This document shows positions 47,500 to 55,971 of a DNA stretch of 64,000 bases, piece after piece (the stretch's first letter is position 1; each line of letters opens with the position of its first letter). Source of the DNA: an uncultured Oscillospiraceae bacterium (GTDB taxonomy: Bacteria; Bacillota; Clostridia; Oscillospirales; Oscillospiraceae); contig CANPVS010000013.1 in NCBI GenBank assembly GCA_947581795.1, positions 64 to 64,063 of the forward strand, written 5' to 3'. The translations under genes were made by a program, and so were the position numbers. The notes below the pieces were generated by a model. It did no database searches and was not told the DNA's origin. It saw only the letters and a list, made by a program, of their open reading frames with translations.

Positions 47500-47540
47500 G
47501 CTGGTCTTTACCGTGTCCCAGGGGCGCGGTGTGCTATGTG

Positions 47541-49145
47541 TCACACCTCCACGAATGGTATATGTACCAGGGATACACGCTCCGGGTGCTGCTTATCGTA
47601 ATAGATCGCCGTCAAGGGACGCAGTTCCTTGATGGTGTCGGGAGAGACCTTGTACTCATGTACCAGCTTCTTGGTGCCCGCCGCGTCCGGGTCGAGGAGC
47701 CTGCCAGTGGATTTGCGGGTAGTCTCCACCGTGAGCTTTGTGCCGATGATGTTCGCCATCGTCTCCGCGTCGGCAGCGGCGTTGAGCTGCAGAACAGCGT
47801 ACTGTCCGCAATTTTCCATGACCCTTTCTGCGAACGATTCTGATACAGCGGACAGGTCCGCGATGGATTGGGTGGCGACGATGATCTGATAGCCGTAGCT
47901 CCGGGCTTGGGCGAACAGGGGCATAAGCTGCTCCGTGGCGTAGGCTCCCAGCTCGTCCAGGATGACACGCTTCCGGGTGCTCATGTTGCGCTCTTGGGAG
48001 ATAACATGGCGGACGTCCGCGATGAACAGCTTGCCCACCGCCTGGGTGTAGTCCGTGTACCTGAAGCTATCCAAATCCACGAAGAACACAGCACCGTCTT
48101 TCTGCGCTGTTGCTGCGCTCACATAGTCCCCGGTGCCGTCCCCGAATAAGTCGCTGCCATCGCCATACAGCAGGTTTTGGTAGCGGCTCCGGGACAGAGC
48201 CGCTTCCTCTGCCACGTCTGACAGGGCAAGATACCCACGCGCCTGTTCCGCTGTCAATACGCCGTCCTTCCTCAGCTGGCCTATCAGAGAAGAAAACTCT
48301 TTCCATGCGTAGAAGTCACACACCGAGGCAAGAGACAGCGGTATATCCGCTGCCTGAAGCACCTCGCACAGCGCCTTTAGCCAGGTCGCCGTGCAAGCCT
48401 TGTAATGGGGTTCGGTAAACTCACTGATGCTCACCAGCGCGTCCGACAGCTCTGTAGGCGTCATTTCCGCCAGGGGGTTGTACTTCCGGCGGTCATGCTC
48501 GCGGGGATTGAGCGATACGACCAGCATCTTGCGTCCATACTTGGCGGCCAAGGCTTTGGTCGCGTTGAGCAGGCTCCGGCTGTCATCTGTGCCGTTCTTG
48601 CCGCTGAGAACATACAGAGGCTCGCCGCGTCGGATGGAATCCTCTATGTGATGCAGCAGGAGCGTTGTCTTGCCGCTGCCCGTAGTCCCGGCGACAAACG
48701 CATGGGTTCGGTTGCCCGTGTCCACTTGCTGGGTGTGGGTGAACTGCCGCAAGGATTTCTTTCGCTCATGCCGCAGCAGTGCGTCATCTGCACTCTCGCC
48801 GCCCACCCAGGCGATAGCGATGACGGTAGCGTCAACGAAGAGAAAACGAGTGGGCGCGGGATACACCAGCCATTTGTAGGCTGTTTCGGGGAAAGTACCC
48901 ATCCAAAAGCCACCTAGGCCATTACCAAGGACAAGCGATACCAAAATAACAGCGACCACGTCCGAAGCACCAATGAGCAGGAGCCATAACACGATTTGTC
49001 TCTTTGCTGCATCGCACTTCCAGCGCATATAGGCATAGATGACTATTAGTGCCAAAAAGTAGGCAGGGGAGAAAAATAGGGACGCGACAATGAAGTACGG
49101 AAGACACATCACAAGGCGCTGGCGGAAATCCAAAGTATTGTTCAT
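47541..49145 (-). CDS. type IV coupling protein (TraG/TraD/VirD4-like ATPase)
   Basis: N-terminal TM helices, Walker A GTTGSGKT and Walker B VILDELG. 534 aa. Confidence 0.8.
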   Translation of the reverse strand: MNNTLDFRQRLVMCLPYFIVASLFFSPAYFLALIVIYAYMRWKCDAAKRQIVLWLLLIGASDVVAVILVSLVLGNGLGGFWMGTFPETAYKWLVYPAPTRFLFVDATVIAIAWVGGESADDALLRHERKKSLRQFTHTQQVDTGNRTHAFVAGTTGSGKTTLLLHHIEDSIRRGEPLYVLSGKNGTDDSRSLLNATKALAAKYGRKMLVVSLNPREHDRRKYNPLAEMTPTELSDALVSISEFTEPHYKACTATWLKALCEVLQAADIPLSLASVCDFYAWKEFSSLIGQLRKDGVLTAEQARGYLALSDVAEEAALSRSRYQNLLYGDGSDLFGDGTGDYVSAATAQKDGAVFFVDLDSFRYTDYTQAVGKLFIADVRHVISQERNMSTRKRVILDELGAYATEQLMPLFAQARSYGYQIIVATQSIADLSAVSESFAERVMENCGQYAVLQLNAAADAETMANIIGTKLTVETTRKSTGRLLDPDAAGTKKLVHEYKVSPDTIKELRPLTAIYYDKQHPERVSLVHIPFVEV

Positions 49146-49888
49146 CTCTGCGCCCCCGTCCCTTTATAGCAACGATATTTCAAGAGACTATGGCTCTCTT
49201 TGGACTTCGCTTCTCGGAGTACCTCCCCGACATCTACACCTGCTGGCTCTATGTAGGTGTTGTGGTGTATGTTCGCCATCAGGATACGCTCGTCCATACA
49301 GGACAGCGGCATCGTGAGCAGATTAACACCTATCCGGCTTGCCACAGTTTGGATATTCTTGCCGATGCTGGGTGGCTTGTCGGGGACGAGCCACGTTTGC
49401 CCCTCAAAAATATCGTTTGAAACGATGTTCCGTTCCAGCACAGCGATGGGCTTGTGGTTCAACTCTACCTCAAAAGCCTTTCCACGCAGCACGATATCAG
49501 GACGGTGTGCCTTGCGGCTAAAATAAGGCATCATGTCCCGGTCAACGATCATGTCAAATATGCTGACCCGGTCGGTGATGCAGAGCCATGTACAGGCACG
49601 TCCCACCATCAGAGCATGGTAGGTCGTATAGCTTACTTCATAGGTCCTGCCAGTAGACTTTCCTATCTCTCTCATACCAGCTGCCGTCAAGAAGTAACAC
49701 TTTGCTCCCAGACAGTCACGTACCGTCTGTAGTAGACCCATCCGCACCAACTCCATCAATTTCTTCCGACAGAATGTCACATCCGTAAAACCCGCCAGCC
49801 ATGCCAGTTCCAATGCCTGGACTATCCGCAGCTTGTCGATGATCTCAAGCATCCGATATTCACGTTCACCAAGTTTTTTGATTACCAT
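49142..49888 (-). CDS. replication-relaxation (Replic_Relax) family protein
   Basis: 248 aa with an N-terminal winged-helix-like part (REYRMLEIIDKLRIVQALELAWLAG). Overlaps the coupling-protein start by 4 nt. Confidence 0.6.
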   Translation of the reverse strand: MVIKKLGEREYRMLEIIDKLRIVQALELAWLAGFTDVTFCRKKLMELVRMGLLQTVRDCLGAKCYFLTAAGMREIGKSTGRTYEVSYTTYHALMVGRACTWLCITDRVSIFDMIVDRDMMPYFSRKAHRPDIVLRGKAFEVELNHKPIAVLERNIVSNDIFEGQTWLVPDKPPSIGKNIQTVASRIGVNLLTMPLSCMDERILMANIHHNTYIEPAGVDVGEVLREAKSKESHSLLKYRCYKGTGAQR

Positions 49889-50011
49889 AGTTCATGAACC
49901 CTCCTTGTATTATCCAGACCGAACGCCGCGCAACGACGCGCGCGCAAAACCTCGATACCCGTTGCTGCCATTTCCCGGCCCGGTATGACCTGCTGTCATG
50001 CACCATGTTGT

Positions 50012-50052
50012 CCGTCCGGGGTTCCGGGGTGGAACGCCGGAACCCCGGACGG
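50012..50052. repeat. 16-bp perfect inverted repeat (oriT / structural hairpin candidate)
   Basis: CCGTCCGGGGTTCCGG-ggtggaacg-CCGGAACCCCGGACGG, in the noncoding segment upstream of the relaxase-like gene. Confidence 0.8.
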
Positions 50053-50245
50053 CAACCCTTGGTGCTGGCGGGTCGCCGGACCGCAAATGGCGCAAATGCG
50101 CGCGCGACGATGGGCGGCGATTCGGGCCAATAAATTAAAAGACCTCATGCACAAAGCCAGTGCATAAGGTCTAAACGGAAACAGCTTGTCCCATCATAAA
50201 TTATGGGTTTTCTCCAATTATTTGTGGCTATGTTGTCCTTTCCAC

Positions 50246-50256
50246 GTCGTACCATC
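50246..50256. repeat. right att junction: terminal inverted repeat GTCGTACCA plus TC core
   Basis: See the left junction feature. Confidence 0.8.
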
Positions 50257-50661
50257 CGCGCCCATGTCCTCGGCCAGGTCCGCGATCACGTCGCCCTTCA
50301 CCTGGAAGGTGGCGGCGGAGTAGGGGAAGCCGGCGGCCGCCTGGGCATACACGCCGGCGGTGTGGTCCACGAAGTAGTCCTGGAAGCCCTGCTTCTCCAC
50401 CTGCTCCACGGTCATGTTCCGGGTGAGCTGGTGTACCACAGTGCCCACGATCTCCAGGTGGCCAAGCTCCTCCACGCCGATGTCGGTCAGCACGGCCTTC
50501 AGCTCCGGATAGGGCATGGAGTACCGCTGGCTCAGATACCGCAGGGAGGCGGAGAGCTCACCGTCGGGCCCGCCGTACTGGCTGATGATATACTTGGCCA
50601 TGGCGGGATTGGGGTTCTTGATGTGAACGGGATATTGAAGCTTCTTCTCATATACGAACAT
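50257..50661 (-). pseudogene. cotJC: cotJC 5' segment (N-terminal approx. 135 codons)
   Basis: MFVYEKKLQYPVHIKNPNPAMAKYIISQYGGPDGELSASLRYLSQRY...EELGHLE (Mn-catalase/CotJC). The reading frame continues for 12 unrelated codons into the element, to a stop at 50218. Confidence 0.88.
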
Positions 50662-51104
50662 TACTTCTTACCTGCCTTTCTGCCATTCCAGGGCCAGGGG
50701 TCCTCGGGCCACACCCAGGAGTCGAACATGGCCGTCTCGCCGCGTGTCACGGGACCGCATATCTCCACGTAGCGCTTGCGGCCCTCCTTGGCAAGAGCCT
50801 TGAAGCTCTTCCACTTCTTAAAGGCCTCGGCGTCGCCGGGATGGGTGTCCAGATAGAGCGCCAGCTCCTGGCATACGAAGTCCAGAGCCATGAGCTCCGT
50901 CAGAGGCGAAGCCTCCACAGGGCCGCTGGCCACATAATCCATGAAGGGCAGGTCGAGCCCGGGAAAAAGCGTGCCCTTGGTGAGAGCGTCCACGCTCTCA
51001 TAGGCGGGCTCGCTGCGCTGCTGAGCGGCCAGCATGGGAACGGCCAGCGGCGCGCAGGAGGGCAGAGGGCCCTCTTTGTAGGTGCAAGTATCTTTATCTG
51101 ACAA
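50661..51104 (-). CDS. CotJA-CotJB fusion-like spore coat-associated protein
   Basis: GTLFPGLDLPF (CotJA-like) followed by ALYLDTHPGDAEA...YVEICGPVT (CotJB-like) in one frame. TTG start after AAGGGGGA. TAATG overlap with cotJC. Confidence 0.65.
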   Translation of the reverse strand: MSDKDTCTYKEGPLPSCAPLAVPMLAAQQRSEPAYESVDALTKGTLFPGLDLPFMDYVASGPVEASPLTELMALDFVCQELALYLDTHPGDAEAFKKWKSFKALAKEGRKRYVEICGPVTRGETAMFDSWVWPEDPWPWNGRKAGKK

Positions 51105-51168
51105 AAGTATTTCCCCCTTTGCACGCCATACTATGCAAAGGGGGAGTTCTCTTGTGTCAAACCCAGTT

Positions 51169-51765
51169 TTATAGTTCGATATGAGCGGTAGGCAGACCCT
51201 TATAATGGGCCGCCAGGCGCCTTGCCTTGTCCACATTCCACTCGCCAAGCTGGAACACGATGGTCTTGCCGGGCTGGTCTGGAGTGTCGGCGTAGGTGAG
51301 CACGAGGCAGCGGGAAAAGGAGCGCACGGTCTTTTTCCGTACCCACAGGAGCCGGGGCACGAAATGCTTTTCCGCCGCTTTTTGGGTCAGCACCGCAGCA
51401 CCGCGGATTTTCTCTTCCGCCAGAGTGAACACCTGGTTCATGGCGGCGATGTGAAGGGCGCCGCCGCTGCGGCTGATCTCACACTCCACGTCCTCCGCCA
51501 GGGGCAGGCCGGAGGCGTGGCGGAACTTGCCAAAGAATTCCGTCTTCTGCTCCAGCTGGCCGGCCGCCGCGGCCTGTTTCTTTTTCCGGGCACGGTGGAT
51601 GCAGAAGACGGCCTCGCCCAGCAGGACCACGCCCAGGCCGCTCAATATGGCCGCCAGGTCATCGTTCTCGCCCAGATAGCTGAATGCCAGCAACAGGCAT
51701 ATGACGCCCGCCAGGATGCAAATGACAGCCAGTGGCCATTTGACGGCGTTCCAGATCTTCCGCAT
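51169..51765 (-). CDS. hypothetical membrane-anchored protein
   Basis: 198 aa with two N-terminal TM helices. No recognisable motif. Confidence 0.5.
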   Translation of the reverse strand: MRKIWNAVKWPLAVICILAGVICLLLAFSYLGENDDLAAILSGLGVVLLGEAVFCIHRARKKKQAAAAGQLEQKTEFFGKFRHASGLPLAEDVECEISRSGGALHIAAMNQVFTLAEEKIRGAAVLTQKAAEKHFVPRLLWVRKKTVRSFSRCLVLTYADTPDQPGKTIVFQLGEWNVDKARRLAAHYKGLPTAHIEL

Positions 51766-51834
51766 CGCGTTCCTCCATACATGGTTTAAGGAAAACCGGC
51801 TGGGGATACCCAGCCGGCCTTTTGGGAGATGGTA

Positions 51835-53076
51835 TTACGCCAGGACCTTCTTGAGTTTGGCGTAGCGGGGCAGGGAGCACTCCGTGGGACGCTCAGGCTC
51901 GCCCTGGATCAGGGGCAGGACGTAGTTGATGAAGTCCTCGGTGACGAAGTTGTGCTCGGCGTTGATCCACTCCAGAGGCACCTTCTTCTCCGCGTTGGCC
52001 ACTGAGGTGAGGGGGAGAAGGATATACTTGCACTTGTAGCTGCCCTTCTCGTCGGTGTCCCGCTCAAAGGCCACCATCTTGCCGGTCTCGCCGGCCACGG
52101 CGGCCTGGACGACCTTACGGCCGGCAGTCTCCGCCTCCTCCAGGTCGGTCTTGGAGGCCAGGTGGGCGCCGCAGCGCTGCAGCAGGCTCAGCTCGATGGG
52201 GCGGACCTTGGCGCCGGTGCGCTCCTTGACCTGCTCGGCCAGGCGGGCGGCCAGACCGCCCAACTGGGCGTGGCCGAAGCCGTCGGTGGAGCTGGTCTTG
52301 GCCTGGGACACGAAAGTGCCATCGGCGAAGTGCAGGCCCTCGGACACGGCCACCAGGCAGTTCTTTTTCTCGTTATAGATGCGCTCCACATCGTTCAGGA
52401 ACGCGTCCATGTCAAAGTCGACCTCGGGCAGGTACACCAGGTCGGGGCCCGCGCCGAAGTGGGTGGCGAGGGCGGCGGAGCCAGCCAGCCAGCCGGCGTG
52501 GCGGCCCATGATCTCGATGATGGTCACCTGGCCGGTGGGATAGACCTTGCCGTCCTTGGACACTTCCATGGCGCTGGTGGCAATATACTTGGCCGCGGAG
52601 GGGAAGCCGGGGCAGTGGTCAGTGCCCCACAGGTCGTTGTCGATGGTCTTGGGGATGCCCATGACGCGGCAGTCCCAGCCGGACTTGGACATGTAGCGGC
52701 TGATCTTGTCGCAGGTGTCCATGGAGTCGTTGCCGCCGTTGTAGAAGAAATAGCGGACGTTGTGCTTTTTGAAGACCTCCAAGATGCGCTTGTAGTCAGT
52801 GTCGTCCACCTCGGGATCGGCCAGCTTATACCGGCAGGAGCCCAGCTCGGAGGAGGGGGTGTTCTTCAGATAGGCCAGCTCCTGGGGGTCCTCTTTGCCC
52901 ATATCATAGAGCTTGTCGGCCAGAACGCCGGTGATGCCGTGGTCGGCGCCCAGGACCTGGGTGATCTCGTCGGTGGCCAGGGCCTCGGCGATGGCGCCGT
53001 ATGCGCTGGCGTTGATGACGGAGGTGGGTCCGCCGGACTGCCCGATGATGCAGGCGCCTACAAGTTTATCTGCCAT
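51835..53076 (-). CDS. 6-phosphofructokinase (PfkA family, long type; ATP or PPi donor unresolved)
   Basis: IIGQSGGPTSVINAS, GGNDS and PKTIDNDL motifs. The ATG at 53076 is preceded by GGAGGAAAA. Confidence 0.85.
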   Translation of the reverse strand: MADKLVGACIIGQSGGPTSVINASAYGAIAEALATDEITQVLGADHGITGVLADKLYDMGKEDPQELAYLKNTPSSELGSCRYKLADPEVDDTDYKRILEVFKKHNVRYFFYNGGNDSMDTCDKISRYMSKSGWDCRVMGIPKTIDNDLWGTDHCPGFPSAAKYIATSAMEVSKDGKVYPTGQVTIIEIMGRHAGWLAGSAALATHFGAGPDLVYLPEVDFDMDAFLNDVERIYNEKKNCLVAVSEGLHFADGTFVSQAKTSSTDGFGHAQLGGLAARLAEQVKERTGAKVRPIELSLLQRCGAHLASKTDLEEAETAGRKVVQAAVAGETGKMVAFERDTDEKGSYKCKYILLPLTSVANAEKKVPLEWINAEHNFVTEDFINYVLPLIQGEPERPTECSLPRYAKLKKVLA

Positions 53077-53173
53077 GTGTTTTTCCTCCAAAATAAATAA
53101 GTTTTGGTTGATTATAGCATAAATCTGCGGTAAAATAAAGGGCACGGAAAAATATTGTAAAGGAGTCTTTACT

Positions 53174-54142
53174 ATGCCTCTGGTAACTTCCACCGAAATG
53201 TTCAAGAAGGCCTATGACGGCGGTTACGCTGTCGGCGCTTTCAACGTCAACAACATGGAGATCCTCCAGGCCATCACCGAGGCCTGCCGCGAGGAGCACG
53301 CTCCCGTGATCCTGCAGGTGTCCAAGGGCGCCCGCGCCTACGCCAACCACACCTATCTGGTGAAGCTGGTAGAGGCCGCCGTTATCGAGTGCCCGGAGAT
53401 CCCCATCGTGCTGCATCTGGACCACGGCCCCGACTTCGAGACCTGCAAGGCCTGCATCGACGGCGGCTTCACCTCTGTCATGATCGACGCCTCTTCCAAG
53501 CCCTTCGCCGAGAATATCGAGATCACCAAGAAGGTGGTCGAGTATGCCCATGACCACGGCGTGGTCGTGGAGGCCGAGCTGGGCACCCTGGCCGGTGTGG
53601 AGGACGAGGTGAAGGTCTCTGCCGAGGATTCCTCCTATACCCACCCCGAAGAGGTGGAGGAGTTCGTGACCAAGACCGGCTGTGACAGCCTGGCCATCGC
53701 CATCGGCACCAGCCACGGCGCCTATAAATTCACCGCCGCCCAGTGCACCCGCAACGCCCAGGGCATCCTGGTCCCGCCTCCTCTGCGCTTCGACGTGCTG
53801 GAAGAGGTCTCCAAGCGCCTGCCCGGCTTCCCCATCGTGCTGCACGGCTCTTCCTCCGTGCCCCAGAACTATGTGAAGATGATCAACGACCACGGCGGCA
53901 AGATGCCCGACGCCATCGGCATCCCCGAGGACGAGCTGCGCAAGGCGGCCACCAGCAGCGTGTGTAAGATCAACATCGACTCTGACCTGCGCCTCACCAT
54001 GACCGGCACCATCCGCCAGTTCTTCGATGAGCATCCTGACAAGTTCGACCCCCGCGAGTATCTGAAGCCCGCCCGCGCCAACATCAAGGAGCTGGTGCGC
54101 CACAAGCTCATCGACGTGCTTGGCTGCGCTGGCAAGGCCTGA
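53174..54142 (+). CDS. fba: class II fructose-1,6-bisphosphate aldolase
   Basis: GAFNVNNME, LHLDHG and GTSHGAYKF motifs. Confidence 0.9.
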   Translation: MPLVTSTEMFKKAYDGGYAVGAFNVNNMEILQAITEACREEHAPVILQVSKGARAYANHTYLVKLVEAAVIECPEIPIVLHLDHGPDFETCKACIDGGFTSVMIDASSKPFAENIEITKKVVEYAHDHGVVVEAELGTLAGVEDEVKVSAEDSSYTHPEEVEEFVTKTGCDSLAIAIGTSHGAYKFTAAQCTRNAQGILVPPPLRFDVLEEVSKRLPGFPIVLHGSSSVPQNYVKMINDHGGKMPDAIGIPEDELRKAATSSVCKINIDSDLRLTMTGTIRQFFDEHPDKFDPREYLKPARANIKELVRHKLIDVLGCAGKA

Positions 54143-54149
54143 GACATAA

Positions 54150-55853
54150 ATGGGCTTTATCCGGGAGATAAAACAAGCCGCTGAAGGTCACGGTCACGAC
54201 TGTACCTGTGACAGCTGCATGGAAGAGCACCACCACGATCATCACGGTTTCGACACCGTGATGATCTGGCGTCTCGTCACCGCTGTCGTCTTCTTCATAG
54301 GCGGCGTTGTGGCGGAGCATGTGCTGCCCTGGCTGGGAACGGTGCTGAACGTGCTGGCCATCCTCTGCGCGGGCTATGACGTGTTCATCCGCGCGGTGGC
54401 CAACATCATCCGAAAGCGCCTGTTCGACGAGAGCCTTCTCATGAGTGTGGTGGCCATCGCCTCCGTGCTCATCGGCGAGGCCAGCGAGGGCGCGTCGGTC
54501 ATGCTGCTGTACCAGCTGGGCGAGCTGTTTCAGGGCTACGCCGTGGCGAAGGTACGCCAGAACATCGAGGGCCTTATGGAGAACCGCTCTCCTGAGGCCA
54601 GCGCCGTCCTGGCGGACGTGCGCTCCGACAAGGGGCGCAAGGGCCGCACGGAGGAATTTATCACCCATTTTGCCCGTATCTATACGCCGGTGGTATTGGG
54701 CATCGCGGTGCTGATCGCCGCGGTGTCCCCGCTGGCGCTGCATACCACCGTGACCGAGGGTATCTACCGTGCTCTCGTGCTCATGGTTATCGCGTGCCCC
54801 TGCGCCATCGTCATCTCCGTGCCATTGAGCTACTTTGCTGGCATCGGCGGGGCGACGCGTCAGGGCATCCTCTTTAAGAGCACCTGCGCCATGGACGACG
54901 TCTCCCGCGCCAGAGCCGTGGTCTTCGATAAGACCGGAGCGCTGGAAGGGGAGGGGCTTCGCGTCACCTCCGTCAAGAGCGAGAAGATGGACGCGGATGT
55001 GTTCCTGCGCATCGCGGCCCATGCATGCGCCTACGCGGAGGGGCCCTATGCAGAGGCCATCAAGGCGGCCTACAAGGGCGTCATCTACATCGAACTCATT
55101 CAGAGCTTCCAGCCCAAGACCGACGGCTTCGGCGTCACCGTGAAGGTGGACGGCGTTGAGATCATCCTGGGCCCCCTGGACATGCTTTTAGAGGCCGGGG
55201 TTGACCCGGATGCCGACCGCACCAGCGAAAATTGCGTCTACCTGGCCATCAACGGCCAGTACGCCGGCCGCATCGTGTTCGGCAGCGTGGCAAAGCCTGA
55301 CGTGCCCGGCACCGTGACGGTGCTGAGCTGGGACAAGGAAAAGCAGATCGCCATGCTCACCGAGGACAGCCCCGCCGCCACGGAGAAATTCGCCCGCCAG
55401 GTTGGCATCGGGGAGTTTTATCCCAACTGCCAGCCCTCCGAGAGAGTGGCCGTGGTGAAGGAGATACAGAACCGCCAGATCAAGCGCGGCACCCTCATCT
55501 TCGTGGGCGACGCGGAGACAAGCGGCGACTGCATCGAGGCCGCAGACGTGGGCGTGAGCCTCCATGGCGCCACCTCCGACGCCGCCATCCAGGCCGCCGA
55601 CGTGGTCATCATGGGCGCTGCGCCCTCCAAGGTGGTCACCGCCCTGGACGCGGCCAAGCACACCCGCGCCATCGTCTGGCAGAATATCGTCTTTGCCCTG
55701 GCATTCAAGGCCATCATTCTGGTGTTGGACATGTTCGGCACCTGCCCGCTGTGGCTGGCTGTATTCGCGGACGTGGGCGTGGCCCTCCTGGCCGTGCTCA
55801 ACTCTCTGCGGGCCTTCGTCATGCGGGAACCGGTGATACCAAAAGAGGAATAA
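54150..55853 (+). CDS. P1B-type ATPase-like protein with degenerate catalytic motifs and no actuator domain
   Basis: His/Cys-rich N-terminus and CPC TM motif. DKTGA replaces DKTGT, TED replaces TGD, GDAETSGD replaces GDGxNDxP. No TGES segment. Confidence 0.75.
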   Translation: MGFIREIKQAAEGHGHDCTCDSCMEEHHHDHHGFDTVMIWRLVTAVVFFIGGVVAEHVLPWLGTVLNVLAILCAGYDVFIRAVANIIRKRLFDESLLMSVVAIASVLIGEASEGASVMLLYQLGELFQGYAVAKVRQNIEGLMENRSPEASAVLADVRSDKGRKGRTEEFITHFARIYTPVVLGIAVLIAAVSPLALHTTVTEGIYRALVLMVIACPCAIVISVPLSYFAGIGGATRQGILFKSTCAMDDVSRARAVVFDKTGALEGEGLRVTSVKSEKMDADVFLRIAAHACAYAEGPYAEAIKAAYKGVIYIELIQSFQPKTDGFGVTVKVDGVEIILGPLDMLLEAGVDPDADRTSENCVYLAINGQYAGRIVFGSVAKPDVPGTVTVLSWDKEKQIAMLTEDSPAATEKFARQVGIGEFYPNCQPSERVAVVKEIQNRQIKRGTLIFVGDAETSGDCIEAADVGVSLHGATSDAAIQAADVVIMGAAPSKVVTALDAAKHTRAIVWQNIVFALAFKAIILVLDMFGTCPLWLAVFADVGVALLAVLNSLRAFVMREPVIPKEE

Positions 55854-55862
55854 AAGACAAAG

Positions 55863-55896
55863 CGCCCCGAAAATTCGGGGCGTTTATCATTTTTTA
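55863..55896 (+). terminator. rho-independent terminator
   Basis: CGCCCCG-aaaatt-CGGGGCG followed by a T-rich tract. Confidence 0.75.
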
Positions 55897-55971
55897 AGAG
55901 AATCTTAAAATTTACCCTCTTTCATCTTTCTGTAACTTGTGTTACCATGGAAACAGAAGGAGGCGAGGGGT

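Larger units (their letters stand above)
35492..50256. mobile_element. 14,765-bp integrative (mobilizable) element inserted in cotJC, serine-recombinase type
   Basis: Splits cotJC precisely. 2-bp core duplication, 9-bp inverted termini, a recombinase at one end, relaxase-like and coupling-protein genes, and visibly lower G+C than the flanks. Confidence 0.85.

Noticed and set aside
49894-50167. Several 60-80-aa ORFs on both strands in the GC-rich end segment of the element.
   Set aside because: They overlap each other and the inverted repeats, have Arg/Gly/Pro-rich translations and lack RBSs. I treated the region as noncoding (oriT/att-proximal).
35492-50256. The element interpreted as a prophage, by analogy with skin or SPbeta.
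   Set aside because: No terminase, portal, capsid, tail or lysis genes are present. The content is recombinase plus mobilisation plus defence cargo, so it is an IME-like element.
51835-53205. ORF-track start at 53205 for the phosphofructokinase.
   Set aside because: The extra 43 codons are AT-rich promoter-like sequence. The conserved N-terminus starts at MADKLVGACIIGQSGG, with a GGAGGAAAA RBS.
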